Source of the DNA: Octopus bimaculoides | Taxonomy: Eukaryota | NCBI RefSeq assembly: GCF_001194135.2 | Contig: NC_068984.1 | Span: forward strand, 130,205,540-130,240,876 | Reading direction: 5' to 3' | DNA: 35,337 nt | Part shown: piece after piece, positions 22,022 through 32,279 of the stretch | Layout: every line of letters starts with the position of its first letter | How positions within the stretch are numbered: the stretch's first letter is position 1 | Notes under the pieces: generated by a model | What the model was told of the DNA's origin: nothing | The model's input: the letters and a program-made list of their open reading frames with translations, nothing else | The model's database searches: none | Made by a program: the position numbers and the translations under genes

Positions 22022-23565
22022 CGAGATTTTTTTTTTTTCATCCATAATATAACAATGACTATTTAATACATACAGCTACGGATATTGATATTTTCGTTTA
22101 GACCACCCACATCTTATATTTAGATATAGTTTATCTGAGACCACCTTGTCCAATGTATCCTTTCTTTCTTTTAAGATGTAGTGTGAAGATGTAGTATGAG
22201 TAAAATATGGTTATTATTTCTTGCATTATGAATGACCACACATAGTGGTTAGAGACAGTAATATACTTGGTTTTAATTAACGATATGGAGATGTGGTGGG
22301 CAAACAGCCAAGATTGAAAGGCTCAGGTCCCTCTGCATCTGACATACAACACACTATCATGTCATCATCAGTTTATCTTATCAGATAACATTGCTGTTTA
22401 GTTGGTGTACATCCTTCGGATCATATGGCGAGGTTCTGATCTTATCGCGATAAATTTTTAAAGCTTCATTTATAACGCACGTCCGGGAAACTGTATCCGG
22501 GAGCAGTATCTTTCTGGTGTTTGATTTTGAATTATGATAATTTCTTCTAATTTCAAACATACGATTGAAATCAAAAATGTAAAGATTGCATTTTCTTCAG
22601 CGAACATCTTCCCATNNNNNNNNNNNNNNNNNNNNNNNNNNNNNNNNNNNNNNNNNNNNNNNNNNNNNNNNNNNNNNNNNNNNNNNNNNNNNNNNNNNNN
22701 NNNNNNNNNNNNNNNNNNNNNNNNNNNNNNNNNNNNNNNNNNNNNNNNNNNNNNNNNNNNNNNNNNNNNNNNNNNNNNNNNNNNNNNNNNNNNNNNNNNN
22801 NNNNNNNNNNNNNNNNNNNNNNNNNNNNNNNNNNNNNNNNNNNNNNNNNNNNNNNNNNNNNNNNNNNNNNNNNNNNNNNNNNNNNNNNNNNNNNNNNNNN
22901 NNNNNNNNNNNNNNNNNNNNNNNNNNNNNNNNNNNNNNNTATCTATCAAAACCGTTATAAAAGGCCCCAGATTCTCTGATAATCTTTCTTGATAATTCAG
23001 AACAACAAAAACTGTGTCTCAAAGACCAGCTTTCGTTTGCAGAGCCAGAAAATACTTCGCTTCTGAATACTTGCTGATTCTCTGCAAAATTCAAAGAAAC
23101 CGCACGATGGAATAATATTCCCACATCTGGGAATGTGTTGCGAATGTATGAATGTATGAATGTATGTATGCGTGCGTGAATTTTTTATGTATGTAGGAAT
23201 GAATGTATGCATGTATGTATGTCTATGTATGCATGCATGCCTGAATGTTTGTATGTATGTGTACGTATATGTTTAAGTCTATGTGCATATGTATGTAAGT
23301 GTATGTATGCACGAGTGTATGTATGTAAGCATGAATGTTTGTATGTACGTATGTCATTGTTCTGTTGTATTTCAAGATGTCTTGCCAATAGAGAATGAGC
23401 CTGTTTCTAACAAGGCTGCTTCCTTGGAATTTCAACATCAACAACAGGGTATGTATGTATGGTCGGATGATCAGCGACTACACCGACACCTCCTCCAGAG
23501 GGTTAATAGAACCCCAACAGGACTAAAAACAAGACTTGTCAAACGGACAAAAGTAAAAGTAAATG

Positions 23566-24111
23566 GATCTCCGTCGGGTTTGTCCGAGGTGTGCGCAGAG
23601 CGAGAGAAAGCGTTCTGCATGCACTCGTTCAGTGTCCGGTAATTGCTGACTTGTGGAGTTATGTCGAACAGCTGCTGTCGCGTGTGGGATGGATCTGTCT
23701 GTCTTCCAAATCCATAGTGATGATTGCTCCGCCGCCCTCCTTTAATCGGGCAGGCAAAACAGTTTTCCTTTGCCTGGTTACCGTGGCGAAAGAGGTTGTC
23801 TGGTGGACGAGACTGAAAGGAATGAAGACAGGGACATGGAAAGTGAGGGTAGAGAGGGAGGTGCTGTCCTCGAGTGAATTTATGAAAAGGTGGGTGAACG
23901 TTGCGAAAATGGCAAGAGTGGGTGGTACCACTCTCAGTGTAGAGCTGTGAGTCGGAGGAAAGTAGTCGGAAAAAGGTACTTGTTCGTGGTATTCAGGGTG
24001 ATCTTGGATGGTGGGGTTCCTCGATCACCCATAGTGGTCCTCCTGAATCAGGATCCCCCAAACCATTAAACACTCTTTTCGTTATTGTTGTATACTATGT
24101 ATACTTCACAT
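23566..24111 (+). mobile_element. Tx1/L1-clade LINE 3' end (zinc knuckle)
   Basis: CPRCAQSE (from 23581), a 1-nt frameshift, then ESVLHALVQCPVIADLW...AKEVVWWTRL; this is the CxxC-x-H-xxxx-C knuckle of L1/Tx1 ORF2. Runs into a gap. Confidence 0.78.
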
Positions 24112-24558
24112 NNNNNNNNNNNNNNNNNNNNNNNNNNNNNNNNNNNNNNNNNNNNNNNNNNNNNNNNNNNNNNNNNNNNNNNNNNNNNNNNNNNNNNNNN
24201 NNNNNNNNNNNNNNNNNNNNNNNNNNNNNNNNNNNNNNNNNNNNNNNNNNNNNNNNNNNNNNNNNNNNNNNNNNNNNNNNNNNNNNNNNNNNNNNNNNNN
24301 NNNNNNNNNNNNNNNNNNNNNNNNNNNNNNNNNNNNNNNNNNNNNNNNNNNNNNNNNNNNNNNNNNNNNNNNNNNNNNNNNNNNNNNNNNNNNNNNNNNN
24401 NNNNNNNNNNNNNNNNNNNNNNNNNNNNNNNNNNNNNNNNNNNNNNNNNNNNNNNNNNNNNNNNNNNNNNNNNNNNNNNNNNNNNNNNNNNNNNNNNNNN
24501 NNNNNNNNNNNNNNNNNNNNNNNNNNNNNNNNNNNNNNNNNNNNNNNNNNNNNNNNNA

Positions 24559-24694
24559 AATTCCACCGAGGTCAACTCTGCCTTTTATCTTTTCGGATCG
24601 ATAAATTAAATACCAACGAAACACTGGGGTCGATGTAATTGCCTAGTCCCCTCCCACCAAACTTCAGGCCCTGTGCATTCAGTAGAAAGCATTA
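24559..24694 (+). mobile_element. SINE A2 3' part
   Basis: AATTCCACCGAGGTCAACTCTGCC...CACTGGGGTCGATGTAAT. Confidence 0.75.
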
Positions 24695-25064
24695 TTTTAA
24701 TTATTTGATGAAAACTCACAACTTATTTTGCTGGGTATGACGGGAAGTGTCAACTGTCCATAGGCAGCAGACTAAGGGGACACTTGTTTACTGGTCCTGC
24801 TTCAAGAACCCTGCGATGAATTCTTGCAGTTCCAAGCAATGTTGATTTTTGTAGGTGTTCTACCTTTATATTGGTACCAATCTTTTTCAGCCATGCTGGT
24901 AGTTGAGTGCTGATACTTCCAAGTGCATCAATTACTATTGGCATCACGTCTACTCTCCTCATTGACCACAACCTTCGTATTTCCCACTTCAAATCGTCAT
25001 ACTTGTTCAGTTTTTCTCCTTCTTTCTCTTTTATCCTGTTGTCATCGGAACATGCTATGTTGAC
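24695..25064 (-). mobile_element. R4/Dong-like non-LTR retrotransposon 3' end (REL endonuclease), copy 1
   Basis: Open frame 25064-24750: VNIACSDDNRIKEKEGEKLNKYDDLKWEIRRLW..VMPIVIDALG..LQKSTLLGTARIHRRVL; TAA-like tail. Confidence 0.82.

Positions 25065-25131
<67 letters not shown>
25065..25131. repeat. (TTA)n / (TAA)n tract
   Basis: Direct inspection. Confidence 0.95.
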
Positions 25132-25405
25132 GATTTGACTCAGGTTCGGTCTCATTCCTGGCAGGATTTATGTGGGTAGCAGGTTACTACCTGTAACCTT
25201 AGGTATCCATTGGCTTTCAATAGTCTTTCAAGTGCTTAGAACCTTCCTGATAATCTATCCTGTCACTAAGAGGCAAACTTTTTGCAGAAGCTCTACAGGA
25301 CATTCTATTCCAATCTCCTTCAACCATTTGTCTATATCTTTGCTTACAGTCCCCAATGAACCAATTATTATAGGTACAACCTTTAGTTTTCTTATTATAG
25401 GCACC
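25132..25405 (-). mobile_element. R4/Dong-like 3' end, copy 2 (different subfamily)
   Basis: KLKVVPIIIGSLGTVSKDIDKWLKEIGIECPVELLQKVCLLVTG*IIRKVL; the 3' end runs into (TAA)n. Confidence 0.8.
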
Positions 25406-25423
25406 TCATCGTCATCATTATTA

Positions 25424-25642
25424 AGGCAGTGAGGTGGCTGAATTCTTAGAACACCAGAAAACATGCTTGCAGTATTTCCTCTGGTCTTATACGTCCTAAG
25501 TTCAAATCTCATCACGGTGAGGTTTGACTTTTCTGTTTCAGGGGTCAATTAAATAAAGTGTCAGTTGAGCACTGGGATCTATGTAATCGACTAACCCCCT
25601 CCCCCAAAACTGAAAGCCTCGTGCCTATAGTTGAAAGCATTA
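25424..25642 (+). mobile_element. SINE A2, old diverged copy
   Basis: Degenerate head, GTTCAAATC B-box and CACTGGGATCTATGTAATCGAC. Confidence 0.65.
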
Positions 25643-26877
25643 GTTGTAGCTCTATCTACTTCGAGTTTAATCTTTAAAATGAATTTTTGTTTTGTTTTTG
25701 TTTTCTTATCGTACGATCTCCAGATGCATAAAAAGAGAAGCTGGAGGAAGAATGGACATATTTTAAGAGTGCCGTGATCTAAAGATGATGCCACTACGTG
25801 GTCGTTCTGTCTGCAAGAAATAGTAGCCAAAATCTTTCAATTCACGCGCTATTTTGAGAAACAAATATTTGAATAATGTAGTTCTAGATACACTATTTCT
25901 GGGGGANNNNNNNNNNNNNNNNNNNNNNNNNNNNNNNNNNNNNNNNNNNNNNNNNNNNNNNNNNNNNNNNNNNNNNNNNNNNNNNNNNNNNNNNNNNNNN
26001 NNNNNNNNNNNNNNNNNNNNNNNNNNNNNNNNNNNNNNNNNNNNNNNNNNNNNNNNNNNNNNNNNNNNNNNNNNNNNNNNNNNNNNNNNNNNNNNNNNNN
26101 NNNNNNNNNNNNNNNNNNNNNNNNNNNNNNNNNNNNNNNNNNNNNNNNNNNNNNNNNNNNNNNNNNNNNNNNNNNNNNNNNNNNNNNNNNNNNNNNNNNN
26201 NNNNNNNNNNNNNNNNNNNNNNNNNNNNNNNNNNNNNNNNNNNNNNNNNNNNNNNNNNNNNNNNNNNNNNNNNNNNNNNNNNNNNNNNNNNNNNNNNNNN
26301 NNNNNNNNNNNNNNNNNNNNNNNNNNNNNNNNNNNNNNNNNNNNNNNNNNNNNNNNNNNNNNNNNNNNNNNNNNNNNNNNNNNNNNNNNNNNNNNNNNNN
26401 NNNNNNNNNNNNNNNNNNNNNNNNNNNNNNNNNNNNNNNNNNNNNNNNNNNNNNNNNNNNNNNNNNNNNNNNNNNNNNNNNNNNNNNNNNNNNNNNNNNN
26501 NNNNCTACATATATATATATATATATATATATACATACATATATATACATATATCTATACATATATATAAAAATTATTATTATTGTTATTATGATTATTA
26601 TTACATATACTAAAATTATTATTATTAGTAATCGACAGAAGTTACAGAGGGTTTATTAATTTAATTAATTTGAAATCATTTCGATAAATGCCAGTGCACG
26701 AAACTCTCGGCCTTTGAGTCACTCTGTAACCTTTGCAGATTAATATTAGATAAGTGTGTGTATATACATACAGACATACATAAACACACACACACACACG
26801 CACATATTCTCTGAAGCTGCTGGATTTGATGTGTATATAAGCAAATTGGCTACTTGTCTCTCTGAGATTGGTCAAGC

Positions 26878-26931
26878 GAGACACACACAACTGATGAGAC
26901 CCTAATAAAGGTCGAAAATTGATTAAGTCTC
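26878..26931 (+). ncRNA. Hammerhead ribozyme-like core
   Basis: CTGATGA (26891-26897), stem II GACC/GGTC and GAAA (26914-26917); helices I and III are ambiguous. Confidence 0.45.
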
Positions 26932-27327
26932 TTCGTAATATTTTTCAGTTTAAGGAGAAAAAAATTTCTTTTCCATTTTCGTATGTCTACTACATAGATT
27001 TGCGCGCGCACACATACATACATACATGCATACATACATACACTGCGTTGTCTTGTTCTCGTTTTTGCTCTTATTGTAACTGCGCAATATATTCTAAATC
27101 ACATTATTATGTAGAGATCTCGTACAACAAATCTGTTATCTGTTCTCCTCTGGTATCAGAGAATCTTGGAAACTTTATGTTCAATTTACTCGGCAGTTAA
27201 TCAAGACATTTTTGTCAAACATTGATCTATGGTGCATTTTAGCTTTTCAAATTTACAATTTCCTGCGGAAATCTTTGTTGCCAATTTCTCTTCATTTTTT
27301 TTTTGTGGCTGTTTATTTTCTATCTTT

Positions 27328-27358
<31 letters not shown>

Positions 27359-28080
27359 CATGTTTTTGCTTGTTTTACAACAGTCACCACCACCACCACC
27401 ACCACTACCACCACCAACCATGTCAAAGATACGAAAATAGGGATATAATGTTCCTTTGATCGTTTTGTAACTCTTCGCCATATTTTCCTTATACGTGCAT
27501 ACATACATACATACATACATATATGCATTCATACATACATACATACATACATACACACACACATACATGCATATATTATATATATACATATATATATATT
27601 TATATGTATACAAATATATATATATACACACATACATATACATATATATATATATATANNNNNNNNNNNNNNNNNNNNNNNNNNNNNNNNNNNNNNNNNN
27701 NNNNNNNNNNNNNNNNNNNNNNNNNNNNNNNNNNNNNNNNNNNNNNNNNNNNNNNNNNNNNNNNNNNNNNNNNNNNNNNNNNNNNNNNNNNNNNNNNNNN
27801 NNNNNNNNNNNNNNNNNNNNNNNNNNNNNNNNNNNNNNNNNNNNNNNNNNNNNNNNNNNNNNNNNNNNNNNNNNNNNNNNNNNNNNNNNNNNNNNNNNNN
27901 NNNNNNNNNNNNNNNNNNNNNNNNNNNNNNNNNNNNNNNNNNNNNNNNNNNNNNNNNNNNNNNNNNNNNNNNNNNNNNNNNNNNNNNNNNNNNNNNNNNN
28001 NNNNNNNNNNNNNNNNNNNNNNNNNNNNNNNNNNNNNNNNNNNNNNNNNNNNNNNNNNNNNNNNNNNNNNNNNNNNNNNN

Positions 28081-28142
<62 letters not shown>

Positions 28143-28438
28143 CACAATTAATCTTTGCAAAGGATAAGCGTTAGACTTTTTGAAGCTGGTTAATTTTCAA
28201 CATGTCTACCGTCATTATGGAGGCAAACTAGCATTGTTGTCGTCAAAAGAGGCGACGTTGTTTTAAGTAGAAAATACATTATGAAACCAAAAATTCTCGT
28301 CGAAAAATATTTAATGCGATATAATTCCTTGAATAACGTCCTTTCTTCGTGAGGTCACTCGATTCACTGCGTTTTGCTTGACCTTCGTAGGCTTGAATCC
28401 GTAATTAGCCTGAATCTGTTGTTAGCTCCATCAAAAAT

Positions 28439-28778
28439 CTTGGTCCTACTTAGAGCTATATTCAACTGGCCATGGTTACACAGGTTGCGATAGGAACAAA
28501 CTTATTTTGTTAAAAGATTGACCTTATGATTTGTTTATCGTCATTGCTGATGCTAAGATAGCTGGAAATCGTATCTTTTACCGGAAGAATGATAAGATTA
28601 TGTCGCTTGGAGTGAAATCAATTCTTGGGAGGAGTTCCTCATTTCTAGTTATTGTTCCTGTAAGTCTGTATACGTGCATCGAAATAAGTTGATGCAGTGA
28701 TAGAACAACCAGACCAATGGCATTTATTAGTTTAATCTTTGGATTCCAGTTTCAATAAAGCATAATAGAGCTCTTCAT
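28439..28778 (-). pseudogene. Helitron RepHel PIF1-like helicase C-terminal remnant
   Basis: MKSSIMLY*NWNPKIKLINAIGLVV...LLPRIDFTPSD..RFPAILASAMTINKS*GQSFNKISLFLSQPV/NHGQLNIALSR, matching the known IMLLRN..GLCNGTRL...LPRI...FP..LAFAMTINKSQGQ...HGQLYVALSR motifs. Confidence 0.88.
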
Positions 28779-29142
28779 GGCATCTCTGATATATATATTT
28801 TTTCATACAAGAACTCACTCGAGAAATTCGTTGTCGATTGCTCATCGTCATTAACCCTTCATTTTCCTTCATTTTTTCCAACGCATTTTCATACGTTTGT
28901 CCTAAACTACAGCCATTGAAATTATCTGTGTTATAAGTGATATAGTGCTGACGGTGTTGTCGTTGTTGCTTTTGCTGTATAGCCCTTGGTCAGCTCCGAT
29001 CGAAGGTACTTCATCTTGTGATAATCATATTTTTTTTCTCCCCTAGTTACTATGAACTGACCCAGGCCCACAATATCCAGTGTTCTAAAACGGTAAGGTC
29101 AAATTTGAGAAAGTTTTTGGCTGCTATTTCATGCAGATGGAG

Positions 29143-29510
29143 CAGTGTTTCTCAACCGGGGTCCATATGGCACTTGGGAGTCCATATAAGATTTTGTTGT
29201 TTAAAATTTTCGTGCAATATGGTTTTACTTCTACAATACACAGAATATTTTACCAGTTTTTTTTTAAATACAATTACTTCCTAATGATACTCTCTTTACT
29301 CTTTTACTTGTTTCAGTCATTTGACTGCGGCCATGCTGGAGCACCGCCTTTAGTCGAGCAAATCGACCCCAGGACTTATTCTTTGGAAGCCTAGTACTTA
29401 TTCTATCGGTCTCTTTTTGCCGAACCGCTAGGTTACGGGGACCTAAACACACCAGCATCGGTTGTCAAGCGATATTGGGGGGACAAACACAGACACACAA
29501 ACACACATAC

Positions 29511-29559
<49 letters not shown>

Positions 29560-29869
29560 CATATAACATATATACGACGGGCTTCTTTCAGTTTCCGTCT
29601 ACCAAATCCACTCACAAGGCATTGGTCGGGCCGAGGCTATAGTAGAAAACACTTGCCCAAGGTACCACGCAGTGGGACTGAACCCGGAACCATGTGGTTG
29701 ATAAGCAAGCTACTTACCACACAGCTACTCCTGCGCCAATATTTAATGATATTTAATTATAAAAATTAACTGGATTTTTGAAACATTGAATGGTAACGAG
29801 GGTCCATCTGACTAAAATAGAAATCAAAGGGGTCTATAGGTGAAAAAAAAAAAGGGTTGAGAAACACTG
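29143..29869. mobile_element. hAT MITE with 15-bp perfect TIRs and a nested SINE B
   Basis: CAGTGTTTCTCAACC at 29143 and GGTTGAGAAACACTG ending at 29869; no clean TSD. Confidence 0.85.
29288..29737 (-). mobile_element. SINE family B, full length (possibly octopus OK-type)
   Basis: tRNA-like head GGCGCAGGAGTAGCTGTGTGGTAAG...GGTTCAGTCCC, internal (TA/TG)n and a GTAAAAGA tail. The family name is recalled, not verified. Confidence 0.9.
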
Positions 29870-30082
29870 GCGTTGAGGCTCCGTTTATTGGCTCATCTTG
29901 TATGTCTGTAATCCCTGGACGGCAATCGGATCAGAATGGATTTGATCCTGTCCTGGCAGTTGTCTCTTCACTGCTTATTCCAGGTATTCTCTCTCTATCC
30001 CGGTTCAGTTTTTACAGAACAAATAAATCGGAGAAATGAAGGTTGTATGTTTTCGTCAAGTCAGAAATGGCTATCGACAAAA

Positions 30083-30104
30083 TTCTTTCTTTCTTCCTTT
30101 CTTT

Positions 30105-30152
<48 letters not shown>

Positions 30153-30922
30153 TTTTTCTTTCTTTCTTTCTTTCTTCCTTCCTTCCTTCCTTTCTTTCTC
30201 TCTTTCTTTCTTTATTTCGTTCGTTTATTCGTTATTTCCTTCTTTCTGTCTTCTTCCATCCTTTCGTTCGATCGTTCTTTCATTCGTTTTTTTCTTTCTT
30301 CTCTTCCTTTTAATTGTTCTCTTCTGCCTTTCATTCAGTCATTCTATTCTTTCTTTCTTTCTTTTTTTCTTACTTGCTTTCTTTCTTTCTTCCCTCCTTC
30401 CTTCCTTTCTTTCTGTCTTTTTTCTTTCTTCTTTCCTTCCTTTTCTGTTTTCCTTCCTTTCTTTTCTTCTTTCCACCCATTTTTCTTTCCTTCTGTTTTT
30501 CATTCATTCTTTTTTTCCTTCCTTCTTTCTTTCCTTCTGTTTTTTCTTCTTTCCTTCTGCTTTTCCTTCTTTCCTTCTTTACTTCCGTTTTTACTTCTAT
30601 CCTTCTTTCCTTCTGTTTTCCCTATTTTCCTTCTGTTTTCCCTATTTTCCTTCTTTCTTTTTGTTTTCCTTCTTTCCTTCTTTCCTCTTGTTTTCCTTCT
30701 TTCCTTCTTTCCGCTTTCCTTCCTTCTTTCCTTCATTTCCTGTTTTTTCTTTCTTACCTTCTTTCCCGCCCTCCCTTCTTTACCTTCTTTCTTTCAATCA
30801 TTCATTCTTTCATTCATTCCTTCATCTTTTTCTTTTTCTTTTGCTTCTTTCGTTTACAACATCTTTCCTTTCTTTCATATCCATTCTTCAATCATTTCAT
30901 TCTTTATTTCATTCTTCGCATT

Positions 30923-30954
<32 letters not shown>

Positions 30955-31736
30955 TGTCTCTCTCTCTGTCTCTCTCTCTCTCTCTGTCTCTCTCTCTCTC
31001 TCTCTCGTTCTCTTCCTCCTTTCCTTCAATACCTCCTCTCCTTCCGTCATTTCTTCTTTCGCTTACTCCTTCCTTTCTTTCTTCTTTCCTCTCCCTCTAC
31101 GCCCAACCCCACCTAATATTTCCTCCGCCATTGTTTCAAAGATGTCCCTCGTTCTTGCACACCTTTTCTTTTTCTCTTTTTTCCCTCTCCTTCCCCTCTT
31201 ACCTTCTCCCTCTCTTTCCTTCCCATTCTCTTTCACTCCCTCNNNNNNNNNNNNNNNNNNNNNNNNNNNNNNNNNNNNNNNNNNNNNNNNNNNNNNNNNN
31301 NNNNNNNNNNNNNNNNNNNNNNNNNNNNNNNNNNNNNNNNNNNNNNNNNNNNNNNNNNNNNNNNNNNNNNNNNNNNNNNNNNNNNNNNNNNNNNNNNNNN
31401 NNNNNNNNNNNNNNNNNNNNNNNNNNNNNNNNNNNNNNNNNNNNNNNNNNNNNNNNNNNNNNNNNNNNNNNNNNNNNNNNNNNNNNNNNNNNNNNNNNNN
31501 NNNNNNNNNNNNNNNNNNNNNNNNNNNNNNNNNNNNNNNNNNNNNNNNNNNNNNNNNNNNNNNNNNNNNNNNNNNNNNNNNNNNNNNNNNNNNNNNNNNN
31601 NNNNNNNNNNNNNNNNNNNNNNNNNNNNNNNNNNNNNNNNNNNNNNNNNNNNNNNNNNNNNNTATATATATATCGTCTCACACTTCCAACTCTTCTTCTT
31701 TAAATTCTTTTTTTCATCTACCCATTTCCACTCCTC

Positions 31737-31780
<44 letters not shown>

Positions 31781-32040
31781 ACTCTCTCGCTCTCTCCCGC
31801 TCTCTACCCTCACTTTCTATCGCTCTCCTTGCATCTCTCCCCTACCCGTCCCTCCGTCACTTCAACGGCTTTGGCGATGTCATTTAGATTCCGCCCCACC
31901 ACCAACCAATAATACTCCCCTTCCCTCCTCTTACCCATTTCCCTCCCTCCCTCCGTCCTGGGCCATCTCCTCCCACCATTTCTATTTTCCTCCTGCTCCA
32001 CCCCTTACATCATCCAACATCCTCCCCCTTCTGTTACTCA
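30083..32040. repeat. Long polypyrimidine (CTTT/CTTC/CT)n tract around a gap
   Basis: Almost G-free on the + strand; explains the F/L/S ORFs. Confidence 0.92.
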
Positions 32041-32279
32041 TTGTTAAAACCTACTTTTATGGTTCATAGTAATAGATATCGTAGTTAGAACAACATTAGC
32101 CAGAAAGGAGGTGAAGGAGGTGGGGGAGGCCCTTACCGGCAGTGGTGGAGGTTTGCGGTGAAGATTGGGGGAGCTGTATAGGGATAATTCAATATTGAAA
32201 TTTTTTGAGTCACGATGATAGAGCAAGCAGACGGTAATCAATGCATGTGATTTACAACATCCAAATTTTGCTGCTTCAC

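Noticed and set aside
23375-23565. Unassigned segment ending in an (AAAAGT)n-like tail
   Set aside because: Probably a retroposon 3' end, but there is no second copy or motif to support a call.
26641-26730. 9-bp inverted repeat GTTACAGAG/CTCTGTAAC
   Set aside because: It is short, has no TSD and has no second copy in the window, so it is compatible with chance.
30036-31703. 555-aa F/L/S-rich 'membrane protein' ORF
   Set aside because: It is a translation of a (CTTT)n polypyrimidine tract plus a gap.
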